Shown: piece by piece, positions 52,824 through 64,000 of the stretch
Numbering within the stretch: the stretch's first letter is position 1
How the letters are laid out: every line of letters starts with the position of its first letter
DNA from: Nageia nagi
Taxonomy: Eukaryota; Plantae; Pinophyta
Reading direction: 5' to 3'
NCBI GenBank assembly: GCA_050084985.1
Contig: JBITNC010000001.1
Location: forward strand, 113,336,001-113,400,000
Length of the DNA: 64,000 nt
Made by a program: the position numbers and the translations under genes
Notes under the pieces: model-generated
Databases searched by the model: none
What the model was told of the DNA's origin: nothing
The model's input: only the letters and a program-made list of their open reading frames with translations

Positions 52824-54809
52824 CTCATGGTTGCATCTTTGGTTTCATTATAGTGATTGAACTCTCATTGGATATTCTAGTAGCCATCAAGACACCTACA
52901 TTGAAGTCCAAGTCTGGGGACATTAGGTTCATCTAAAGTATCTATTCTAATTATAGTCTCTAAAGAAAAGGACAACCCATCCCTGAGCTTGATCGCTCTA
53001 TGAATGTGTTCATTACCTATTACAAAAAATAACCAATTTAGTATCACCTAGAGTATATGTTCCAATTGTAATCTCTAGGAAAAAGGATGACCCATCCCTA
53101 AGCTCTATCTCTTTATTTAGGTGTTCCTTATAGTATCCTTTGAAGATCATAATTTTGTTCTTTTCTCAAATTTTCTATGTTTTGCAAGAAAACTTTGAAA
53201 ACCATAGATTACAATATGGCACATATCTGAAGATAGGGATCATGGTTGGAAGTATTGCTTTAAATGCTTTCCATTTATGGGAAATGATAGTTCTTATCCT
53301 ATAAAATGCCTTATCTTAAATGTGATATGGCTCACTAGAGATGCAATATGGAGGGGACCAAGCTATAGTTTTTCAAAATTTGCATGCTTTCCTTTATCCT
53401 CATGAGCCTTGTCCCATAGAAGGTCTAGGTATCCTACTCTAAAGCTTTTCACTTGACTATTCTTATTGAATCATCTCTTGGTCCATTGTTTTTGGTGAGC
53501 TAAGTTATGAAATTCTTGCTCTTACATCTCCTCTAGATGGGTAAGTTGAAATAGTCTTACCTCCAAAACTTTTACAACTTCCAAATAATCTTTCATGAGC
53601 TGCATTATACTATTTTTTAGTTAGGTTTGTAGAAATGGATTAGTTTTGTAGACTAGTTCAAATAGGCTCATTCTAAGTGCATTTTTCACCCTTATATGGT
53701 CTACCAAAAGATCATACTTCAACTTACCATGCTAGTCTCTAGGATTCTTATTCAGTAACATTTAGATGATAGTAAGTTATTGTTGGTCAAATTTGCTAGG
53801 CCATTTCCCTAAGGATAGTAGTTGGTGGAGTACTTGATATCTATGTTATGCTCCCATTCCCAAGATATCATCTTGAGTGAGCTAAAGCCAGGAACATTGT
53901 CACACACTATCAAAAAAAGTGAGTCAAATCATGTCAAAATAAAATCCTCCAAGAACTAAATGACCACTTCAAAAATGGCTTACTTTGTAGTTATGGCTTC
54001 TATCCATGTTGTGCAATAGTTTTTTGGCAATGAGGATGAACTGATTCCTTATGGAGGAGGAAGGGTTGATCACCCCTATGGTGTTTATCCCCCATTTGGA
54101 AAATCACTTTGATTCTAGGACTGGTTGTAGTAGCATGCTAGAAAACTTCTCCTTTCCTATCATGGTTTGGCAATTGTGGTATGTTTTTGCATAGTGGTGT
54201 GTATCTTGGAAAAGGAATGGCCAATAATATCTAGCATGAAGGATTTGGTATGCTAGAGCATTCCCTAGTGCATGGTTTATTCTACCTTCTTAGTTTTGGA
54301 ACTCCTTGAGTACCTTGTGAGCTTCTTTCTCTACGAATTTGAGGTGGACACTATGATAGTTCCTTTTATAAATAACCCCTTCCTTTATCATATAACCTAT
54401 ATCAAAGGGCTTTATTCTATGCTAAAACAAAATTTAGGGGATAAGCACTTGAAATCATGTAATGGATAATGTTCACATACTAGGAATTTGGTAGGATATC
54501 AATATGACAAATTTAAAGAGGGGTGTTGATGGCTTCATCGTATGATGGTGACATTATGCCATCTTGATAAGAAGCTAACATCTTGGTGAGTACTACCCCT
54601 TTACAATCTTCATTGTCTAAATTGATAGATCAAACTATTGGAGGGTTGAAACCTAGTTTCCTCTTTGAACATCTACTTCTTATTGAGCTAACAAGTTATT
54701 TATCATTGGATCAGAGATAATAGCAATCACTTCACTATGCAAGATGTAGTGTTAGAACTTCTTTACTATTTTCATTAAGGCATAAGCCTTCTTATCTAGT
54801 ATAGGATAA
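52824..54809 (+). mobile_element. Remnant of another LTR element: internal 3' region, PPT and first part of an LTR (LTR resumes at 61134-61252)
   Basis: PPT AAAGAGGGGG directly before TGTTGATGG at 54523; the segment after the Copia ends TTCCAACA at 61252, exactly where the Tat RH frame is cut; duplicated AAAAGGAYRACCCATCCCT motif near 52965 and 53080. Confidence 0.55.
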
Positions 54810-57800
54810 TGAAAGAATTGAAATACAACATGAACAATTCTAAACTCTCAAGATCACATGAAAGCTCATATTAGCATCAAGATAACTTAAGAAGACAATC
54901 TCACAAAGTGACACAAGATGTAAGCAGTTCCTTCAACTAGGATTACCTCCACTAACTAGATCTCACTTCATTCACAAACATGAATCTCTTACAATTCTCC
55001 TAACTCATCTCCTAAAAAATATCCTATAGCATAACTTTACTCCATATATTGGTGTGTGATCACAAAGAGGGAGCCTTCTATTTATAGGCCAAAATATCTC
55101 TTTGGATCACCCTTTTATCCAATGTACAAAAGCATGACATGCACATCCTTTTACCCAAGGGGCATGCTCATGACATGGAGTGTAGGATAAGTTACTCATG
55201 CTTATAAGCTTATTTTAAGGTTAAGGGATCATGCTTATTTTCAATCTTGAAAAATAAGGATTTGTTCAAGGTCATGCTCCTAATTACCCTTTATGTTGGA
55301 GAATTTTGTTCCTGAGGTGACTTGTCTAGATCAATATCTAACCAGCTAGGTGCAATTGAAGAGTCCTTTGGATCATCAACATCCTCATTAGAAGCAAATT
55401 CTTTAAAAAATTTCATTGAAATTTACATCCCTTTAAATAAACATAGCTTTGTAGGATGGAGAGTAGAGCCTGTACCCTCTATGCTAACTATCATAAGCTA
55501 CAAAGATGCACTTTTCACCTCTTTTATCTAACTTTCTCTTTTTCTCAAAAATAATGTAGGAGAATGCTTCACAATCAAACACTTTAAGGTGAGAAATGTT
55601 AAGTTTTGTTCCTTACCATGCCTTAAAGGGAGTTTTACCTCAAAAAAATTTTCTTGGATACCTATTCAAGGTGTGTAAATAGCAATGCTTATTGCTTCAC
55701 CCCATAAGAAACTAGAAAGACTACCTAACATGCATCCAACCATTTCCATAATTGTCCTATTTTTCCTTTCAACAACACCATTATACTAAGAAGTGTAAGG
55801 AATTGTAAATTGTCTCTTGATTTCATACTTAGCACAATAGTCATTGAATTCATTACTATTATATTCTCTTCCACTATCTAATCTCAACATCTTGATGTTA
55901 ATATTAGTTTGATTCTCAATAAAGGCCTTAAAACTTTAAAACTCTTAAAGGTTTGATCCTTGTTCTCAAGCAAATACCCAAAGGTCATTCTACTAAAGTC
56001 ATCAATGAAGGTCAAGATGTAAGATACTCTTTTAAGTGACTTAGTTTGAAATAGACCCATCAAATATGAATGCACAAGTTGAAGAGGTTGAGATGCTCTT
56101 ATTACCTTATCTTTTTTAAATTTTTGTCTATGCATCTTGCTAAGAATGCACTTCTCATATATACCAATCAAAGGAGAAATTAAAGGCAAACCTTTCACAA
56201 TTTCTTAGTCTCTTATGTCTTGAATACTCTTATGGTTAAGATGCCCTAAAAGATGGTACCAAATATTGCCTCTAGAATAGACACTTATAGCAAGACACAT
56301 CTTTGATGGAACTTGATCCATAATGTAGAGATCATATTTCACTAATCTTTTAACCAATGTGGCAAGTCCTTTCTTCATGCACCAAGATTGAGAGTCAAAC
56401 TTAAAAGAGTACCCTTTTCTAGCAACTTGGATCATGGAGAGAAGGTTCATCCCTAACTTAGGAACATAGAGAACATTTTCAAGAACCTTCCCATGAATCA
56501 ACACAGTTCCAATTCCTTAGACTTCAAGGGTAGAGTTATCACCTATTACAATTGCATATTTTCTATACTTATGAAAGTTCTCAAACTTATCCTTTTCAAA
56601 GCATAGGTGATTAGTGCAACTAGAGTCAACAATCCAATTAGAAGAAAAAGTGCAAGACATGGAGTAGAGCATTGCAGTAAAACCACCTTGAATATTCTTC
56701 TTTCTTTTGAAGTTCTTTACATTTTCATTGCCTTTGTCCTTTTCTCTCTTTTCTTTTTGTATCAATTAACTTCTTTGTGACCTTGGATGCCACAATAGTA
56801 ACAATTACCATCAAAAATTTTCTTAGGATATGAATTGTTTGCTTTGCCTTTTCCATCTCTTTGCTTGAAGTGGTTTTTGTTACCATTGTTTCTATTGTTG
56901 TTGTTCCTATTATTATCATTGTTGCCATTATTTCTATTGCTATTGTAGCCATTGCCTCTTTTTTTAAACCTTTTGGAGGAAAAGGGATAAGATTTCTTTT
57001 GATGGTTGAACTTCTTCTTGAAAGGAGTTTTGGTTGCTCCAAGAGCAATGTTATTATCCTTAGGAGAAGAATTCAACACTTTTTTGTTAAGAGTTTCCTT
57101 ATACTTCAAAAGGAGCCTAGAAAGGTTCTCAAAGGAGAAGATTTCTTCTTCTTCATCAAGTCTTATTTCCATAACTATCATAAAGTTTCCAAACTTTGAA
57201 GAAAAGCTTTGAAGAATGATAAAGACCATGAACTCATCATTGATCCAATTGCACCTACAAGTAATAAGTTAGGTCCTAAGGTCAATGATTTTGTTCAAGT
57301 AGATAGCCACATTTTCATCTTCCCTTTGATGAGATTGAAGTAACTTTTGAAGAATAGTAAACCTTTTTGAAAACTTTGAACCAAGATATATTTGCTTAAG
57401 CTTATCCCAAGTTGCATTTGTTGAGGTTAAAGAGGAAATCATCATAAGCACATCATATGAAATTGCACAAAAGATCATGGAGGTTTCCAACTCATTATTC
57501 ATGTTATAAGCCTCTAGTGCCTTCTCATCTATAAGAGGTACAAGGTTCTCATTCACTATTTGCCAAAGCTTCCTTGCCTAGAATTCAGCTTTCATTTGAG
57601 GTTTCCAAATAGCAAAGTTGGAACTGTGAAGAATGTGTTTGGGTAAAAAGGATTCTCCCATTTGCTACATAAGAATGTGAAAAATAATAAGCATTTGGTT
57701 TAATAAACAACATTACATGTTACATTTAATTACCTAAGATATGCTTGATTTGATTTACAAGTGCAAATATTTTACAACACAAATATACATCCCATGTACC

Positions 57801-60800
57801 CAAATACTTTTATCGTCACAAAGAACCAAAGATGTAGAGTGACATTGTTGAGGCTTGTTTTCTTGTATAAAAATTAGGCCTTGACTTGGATGCCCACACA
57901 AGAGAAGCCCAAGTACTACTAATCTTCAACCAGTTCATCTTGGTCAGTATTATACTCTCATAAGAAGAAATACTTACTATTTTTCAAGGTTATGGTGTTT
58001 ATTGGATTGATCAAATTATTAATCTTGATTAGGTTTCAAGTTGTCCTCCTAGGTTATCAGGCTAATCCCTGAATGGATGTGCAAATATGTGGTATCACTA
58101 CACACATACATATCCACCTATTGGAGTTATGTCCAGACCAACAAAGGACTTAAGGTCAATTGAGAAGTATGAACTTTTCACCATTTAGATTATTGGACTT
58201 AAAGCCTCCAGTCTGTCTATCCTCACCTCATGGCTCCCCAAACAAGTCATGTTGCAGAATGTACATGCAAATGTGTTCATTTTAGGGGGGTTGCTCATTT
58301 CAATGTATGCATTTTTATTTACATAAGCAAATAAATCAAGATGCAAAACATGAAGTAAATACCATATGTAAGAAAAAAATATCATCCATTCAAAATTTGA
58401 AACCTAAATGTCCAATGGGTTTTGTTTACTAACCCCTAAAGGATATATTTACATCATTTCTTATTTTACACAAGTCTATTCCATGCTTTGTATAAGGAAA
58501 TAAATAATTAGGGAGTCATCACATGCATCATTCCCATAACTTAAAAAATTAAGTAATAAACATGCATCATTCCCATTAAGTAAATTAACCATAAAATTTT
58601 TAATAATTAAATACTTAGCATGCATTATTTCCATAACTTCTAAAGAGGCATAGAAATTTTTAAGTGATAAAAAAATGTATTCTAAGCATAAATGATCTAA
58701 AGGTTTAAGTAAAAATTAAAAATATTTCCCCCTCCTTTTACTTTAAAAAAAAAAGATGCCTTAAATAAATGCTTAGTATAGTATTAAAAACATTACAAGT
58801 TTTACATTAGTAAATAAATTTATCACTTAAGAAAACATGATCCCTATAGCATGAGAAAAATTGTATGCTAGTTTACCTTATAACTTTAACTAAAATTGCC
58901 AAGATTTATCAAAAGTTCTAAGTAATTGCTTATGTTTATAAGCATTAAAAATAATTTTGATCAAGGCATTGAAATTTGAGGATTGAAATATAATGTTAAG
59001 TAAACAAATTTTACCTCATATTAGAAAAAATTTCTCCCAATGTTAAAGCTAAAGGTTCACCTTTTTACCATAGAGAGTACCTCTTAAGCCAAAAAAAAAA
59101 AAGGTATTTAAAGTAATTTTTTTTTTTAAAAAGGAAGATCTAAGTATCTTGGAGTACAATTCATCATTTTTCCTTAATGCTCACATTACTTTAAGAGGAG
59201 GAGAGTCAAAATTATTAATATAATGAACTTGAGTATACATAATAGAGGTAATTAATAAGTGTGAGAGCATTAAGTGAACAAAAACAACAAAAAATGGTTA
59301 CTTGCAAGCATAAAAAAATTAAATGCACCAAATTAAAAAAATAATATCAGGTTGCATGAGTGGAAGTTTGCAAATTGGTAAGGGGTAGGCCAACTAAATC
59401 AATTCACCTTTCCTATCATCCTTCAAGGGAGAAGAACTTGGGAAATTGCATACAAAGTACATTCCCTTGCAGCTCAGGATTGGACCCTAACTAGGTAGGA
59501 GGGAAAGTGTGATTAGAGATAAAGGCCATGAGGGTCTTCCTTCCTATAAATGGTCAATCAAATATTTTAAAATCTATCCAAGGTATTAAGAAATACAATC
59601 CAAATGCAACTGTCACATCACAATTGGAGAATGAGGTTGTAGTTCAACGTTCATTGGTGAAATCTCAATCACCTAAGGTTTAAAAGCCCTTACCTAAGGA
59701 TTGGATAGAGCTTTTAGCTTCTTCAAATATTGGAAGCAACAACAATGTTGGAATATTTGATGCTAAATTGACTGCATTGAGGATATGGAGGAAAAAATGG
59801 TGAGAGATCCATCATAATCACCTAACACCCTATATTTCCAAACACAACACCAGCCACATGAGGGAAGGGAGGCGCACATCCATGTGAGCACTTTAAATAC
59901 ATGTATACTAAGCTATGAACAAAAATAGGGGTGGAGGTAGCCTTAGAGGATGCTAGTGGAGGAGGTTAAGCATTGAAGAGGGAGGCCACCACCAATGGAG
60001 GAGTGGATGGCGGTGAGGAGGGAGACTGCCACTAGAGGAGAAGGTCACCATTGCCACCTCATGGAGGATTAAAAAAAATTCAAAACTAAATTGAAGACAA
60101 AAAATAATACTATATGGATGCAAAAAATATTTTAATCTTCCCATATTTTTTTTTTGTAATAAAACATGAATATAGTAGAAAAGGTATTATATTTACAATA
60201 TATTTTGTGTTCTCTAAGTCTCCCCTTTTTTGTTTTAAAAAAATATGTAGTAAAGTGTATTGACTTTCAATTTTTTTTAGTTAGTATCAAAATATTTGAA
60301 ATAAATATTTGTAAAATACAACTATTTTGATAAGGGAACTAAGGTAGGCAAAACTATAATATATAAATTTTTCAGCAAAAAATTGCATATAATTTTTGAA
60401 GGAAAAAAGAAGTAATATATTTTTACTTAAATAAATAATAAAAAATTCAAAAAAAAATTAAGGATATGCAAAAATTATAACAATAGGTAATCTTAAACAA
60501 TTGCAACTAACAATAAGACATGTTAGTATACAAAAAAAAAATTACAACAAAATAAATTGCTATTTTAAGCAAATTTTGTCATAAACAAGGACTATCACAA
60601 TACAAATTATGTTATTAACATAATGAAATAATCCATAAGATAACCAAAAAGGAGGTAAACTATAACTTATCTTAGTTTTATCTCACCAATGGGATCACTA
60701 AGATGTAGTTCCACACCAATAATAAGAGCTTTCACACCCACTCTGATACCAACTGAGAAAATTGAACTATAACATGAATAACTCTAAACTTCCAAGATCA

Positions 60801-61133
60801 CATGAATGCTCATACTAACATCAATATAACTTAAGAAGACAATCTCACAAAGTGACACAAGATGTAATTTGTTTCTCCAACTAGGAGTACATCCACTAAC
60901 TAGATCTCACTTCATTCACAAACATGAATCTCTTACAATTCTCCTAACTCATCTCCTAAACACTATCCTATAGCATAACTTTACTTCATAAATTGGTGTT
61001 TGATCACAAAGAGGGAGCCTTCTATTTATAGGCCAAAATCCCTCTTTGTATCACCCTTTTATCCAATATACAAAAGTATGACATGCACATCCTTTTATCC
61101 AAGGGCCATGCTCATGACATGGAGTGTAGGATA
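54810..61133 (-). mobile_element. Ty1/Copia element with long 5' leader, gag-PR-INT, RT/RH deleted
   Basis: Matching LTR segments 54810-55191 and 60754-61133; PBS TGGTATCAGAG (minus, 60741-60751); no RT motifs between INT and the left LTR. Confidence 0.9.
55320..57661 (-). pseudogene. Copia gag-PR-INT remnant
   Basis: SNFAIWKPQMKA..LWQIV (gag N-terminus); CYYCGIQGH knuckle after an Asn-rich tract; WIVDSSCTNH (PR); NVLYVPKLGMNLLS; WYHLLGHLN; LQLVHS, FIDDFSR; HLKVF. Confidence 0.92.
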
Positions 61134-61252
61134 ATTTACATTATCATACTCACTTAAATACTTAAGGTATCAAATGATACCCTTAAGTATTAGTGAAATT
61201 ACATAGAATATTATTACATAACCTTTACAATAATGCATTATACATTCCAACA

Positions 61253-64000
61253 ATCTCAATGTAGCATCCCTCAAAGGGGCACTCATGAAGGCAATAGGTT
61301 TCTCTTTTTCTTCCTCATCCCTCTAAATTAGGACTCTCACCATTGAATGCTTTGAAGCAAAAGAGTATAAGTAGAAGAGATTCTTATATTTTAGGCTAGT
61401 AAGAACAAGTGCCTTGGATATAGCCTCCTTGACGTCATGAAATGTTTTCTTCACTTCATTCATTCATTTGATCTTATCATCTTTCTTCACAATCTCATTG
61501 AGTGGTTTTACAATTTCATCATACCCTAAGATGAATTTTTGGAAAAACTTGATCTTTCCCATGAAATACTTGAGATCCTTTCATTTAGTAGGGTAAGAAA
61601 TTTTCTTGATAGCTACTACCCTTTCAAGATTGATGGAGATTCCTTCTTCTAAGTTGATATGGTTGAGTAGTCTAACCTTTGTAACTCTAAAGATACATTT
61701 CTTCAAGTTGAGAGAAATTCCAAATTCTCTACATCTCTAGAAAATTTTCCTCAAGTGTCGAGGATGATCATTTACATATTTGGAGTAAACAATGAGGTCA
61801 TCGATATAAATGACTATGTTTTTACCGACTAGACCTTTGAAAGTGAAGTCCATGGCTCTTTGAAACATTGCCCTAAAATTGATCAACCTAAATGACATGC
61901 AACTATAAAAAAAGGTGACTCATTTGGTGGTAAAGGTAGTTTCCAATATATCTCTCTTATCCATTAGGATTTGATTGTACCCAAAATAGCCATCTAGGAA
62001 TGACATCATTTGAGATCCATTCACCATGTGTAGGACTTCATCTAGGGAAGGCAATGGATAGTTATCCTTCTCTAAATCCTAATTAAAATATTTGATGTCT
62101 ATGCATAATCTTATTTTACTGGACTTCTTTCTCATCAAGATAATAATGGCAACTCAAGTCAAGTGCCTTACAAGAAAAAAATCCCCAATTGAACCAAATT
62201 CTAAATTTGTTGAAGGATCATTGGTTCTAGCAAAGGATTCAACATCCTTTATTTTTTTTGAAAAGGATTCATCCCTACCTTGAGAGGAATTGTATGAGTG
62301 ATTATCATGAGATTATAAGTTTTCAACTGGTCATATGTCTAAGAAATCACATAGATATACTCTTGATATACTTTTATGATTTCCCTTTTTAAATGTCCCA
62401 TACAAGATTTCTTGAGAAGGATATACTTTGGTTTTGTTCTATCCCTAGGCTGATTTTCTCTATTTCCTCTACATTGATGTGTTCCTTAGGTCTATTCTCT
62501 GGATCACATCCTAATCAAATAATATCTCCAACTCAATAAATCCTCTCATGAGTTTGTTGGTCTTAAGATGAAGGTAACCATCAACATATTCATCTTATTT
62601 GCCTAACTAATCATCAAAATATGGTTGCTCTTGTTCTTATTTGATATGCTGGGAGGTGAAGATCTTTTGGCTAGCCATGAAGGCCTTTATGTATTAGCCA
62701 TTATCAAACACCTGAATTGCATCAATGTTATATGGCACAATGGGGGTATACAACATTTGGATGTTGAATTTCTTCACCTTAGTCCCTTCCACTAGTTGGA
62801 AAGTACTTGCAACCACTGCTAATGAATCTGCTACCATGTTGTCCTTCCTTAGAATAGTACTAATGTTAAAGGCATTAAAGCCTTCTATAAAAATCCACAC
62901 CCATAACTAGTATTGAATCAAATGAGTGTATTTGCATTCATATTCATTCCTAACTTACCTCACTACCAATTCCAATTCTCTGATGATAATCAGATTTTCC
63001 ACTCCTTTGGCTACTACCATCTTGATCCCTTGGATCAGAGCCTCATACTCTTTCATGTAGCAAGTGTAGGGGAACACCAATATGAAAGAGGCTTGGTACT
63101 TCTTCTTCTTAGGATTCTGCAACTCAATCCCTACTCCATCCCCCATTTTAGATTTGGACCCATCAAATCTAAGAGTCAAACATTCTTTTTCTAATTTCTT
63201 TCTTTGAGAGGTAGAGGTCGAGCTAGTGCTACTATCATCACTAGGAGGGAAGGAGAAACATTTAGACAATAGACTCCCAGATCTTCTTCTACCATGGATA
63301 CTAAATTGGTTCTATTGTACTTGATGATAGGATTCACTAGATATGGCTCACTTAGAACCTTAATTTGATTTGACACCCCCTTATAGGGGAGCCAAAAATA
63401 TTTGAAAATAGTAGACTAGTAGCCATTTAAAGTGCTTGACTAGTTACAACTGAGTAACAGATCATACTTCATTAGGATATTCATAACCTAGACATCAATG
63501 TATCCTATGATACAGGGCTCTAAAGTAATTTATATTCTCAAGTTATGTATCATTCCCATGAATTTTACCGATGTTTCATCCAACTGAGTGATCCCTTGTG
63601 GGCTCTTAGTGATAGGTAATTTCTAGGCTTAGCAAATCTTGAGAGGTATAATATTGGCACATGCCCCTAATTCCATCATACAGTTATGTAGATTCTTCAT
63701 GGCCACCCTCATAGTGAGTAAGAATGGTGGTATTGATCTATTACTTGTGTGTGTTTGGGCCTTATTGAGCCCCATCTAGATCTATGCAAGGGTAGGTTCT
63801 TCATATGCATTCATGAGAACCATTGGAGTAATGTTTGATGTGCCTTATTTTAGCTTCCTTGCACTAACCCCATTGATGTAATTCAAGATCCATTCTTGCA
63901 CATGGTCAATCTCCATAGCCTTGAGGAAGGTGATATTAGCTTTAGTATTCCTCATTACCTCAATTATGTCATAAGAAAAATCTTATAACTCATCATTGAG
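61253..64000 (-). mobile_element. Ty3/Gypsy Tat-like element C, pol fragment (PR-aRH-RT-RH), cut at 61253 and continuing beyond the window
   Basis: LHNCMMELGACANI near 63680 (PR); LRFDGSKSKMGDGVG..EYEALIQGI and RKDNMVADSLA (aRH); DNYPLPSLDEVL, FLDGYFGYNQI, IYIDDLIV (RT); EKPIAFMSAPLRD (RH). Confidence 0.92.

Noticed and set aside
56861-57199. Hydrophobic 112-aa plus-strand ORF resembling a membrane protein
   Set aside because: Antisense shadow of the Asn-rich Copia gag tract
59172-59275. Inverted repeat CTTAATGCTC...GAGCATTAAG as a miRNA or MITE
   Set aside because: Only about 10-14 bp pair, the interior does not pair, there is no TSD and no miRNA I recognise
59528-59800. Possible further captured gene fragment in the Copia leader (MRVFLPINGQSNILKS...)
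   Set aside because: Short frame with no family motif I can identify; needs BLASTx

Overview
AT-rich plant nuclear DNA made almost entirely of old, nested, decayed transposable elements. I see no intact host gene, rRNA, tRNA or CRISPR array. Strong CG and CHG loss (many CAG/TGG/CGA codons turned into stops) and Ty3/Gypsy elements with PR-aRH-RT-RH-INT order suggest a gymnosperm-type genome (inference). From left to right: (1) the 5' half of a Tat-like Gypsy element (minus); (2) a decayed spliced gene with a 99-bp/33-aa repeat; (3) a non-autonomous hAT holding a full-length L1 LINE, which in turn holds a CACTA element that captured a PPR gene fragment; (4) an ancient AT-rich tandem macro-repeat interrupted by a gag-less Copia, a SINE-like insert and a full-length Tat-like Gypsy with a large extra 3' ORF; (5) a chromovirus-like Gypsy interrupted by a 7.7-kb hAT; (6) an orphan LTR split by an RT-less Copia; (7) the pol region of a third Tat-like element. 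The 7.7-kb hAT carries a transposase plus a convergent multi-intron gene with a Plant Mobile Domain (PMD)-like region, and is the best candidate for an undescribed system. Other highlights are the Pack-CACTA PPR capture, tandem RNase H-like modules in the LINE 3' extension, and an inverted PBS-like motif where the Tat element's PPT should be. All protein calls come from manual translation and motif recognition; no searches were run.
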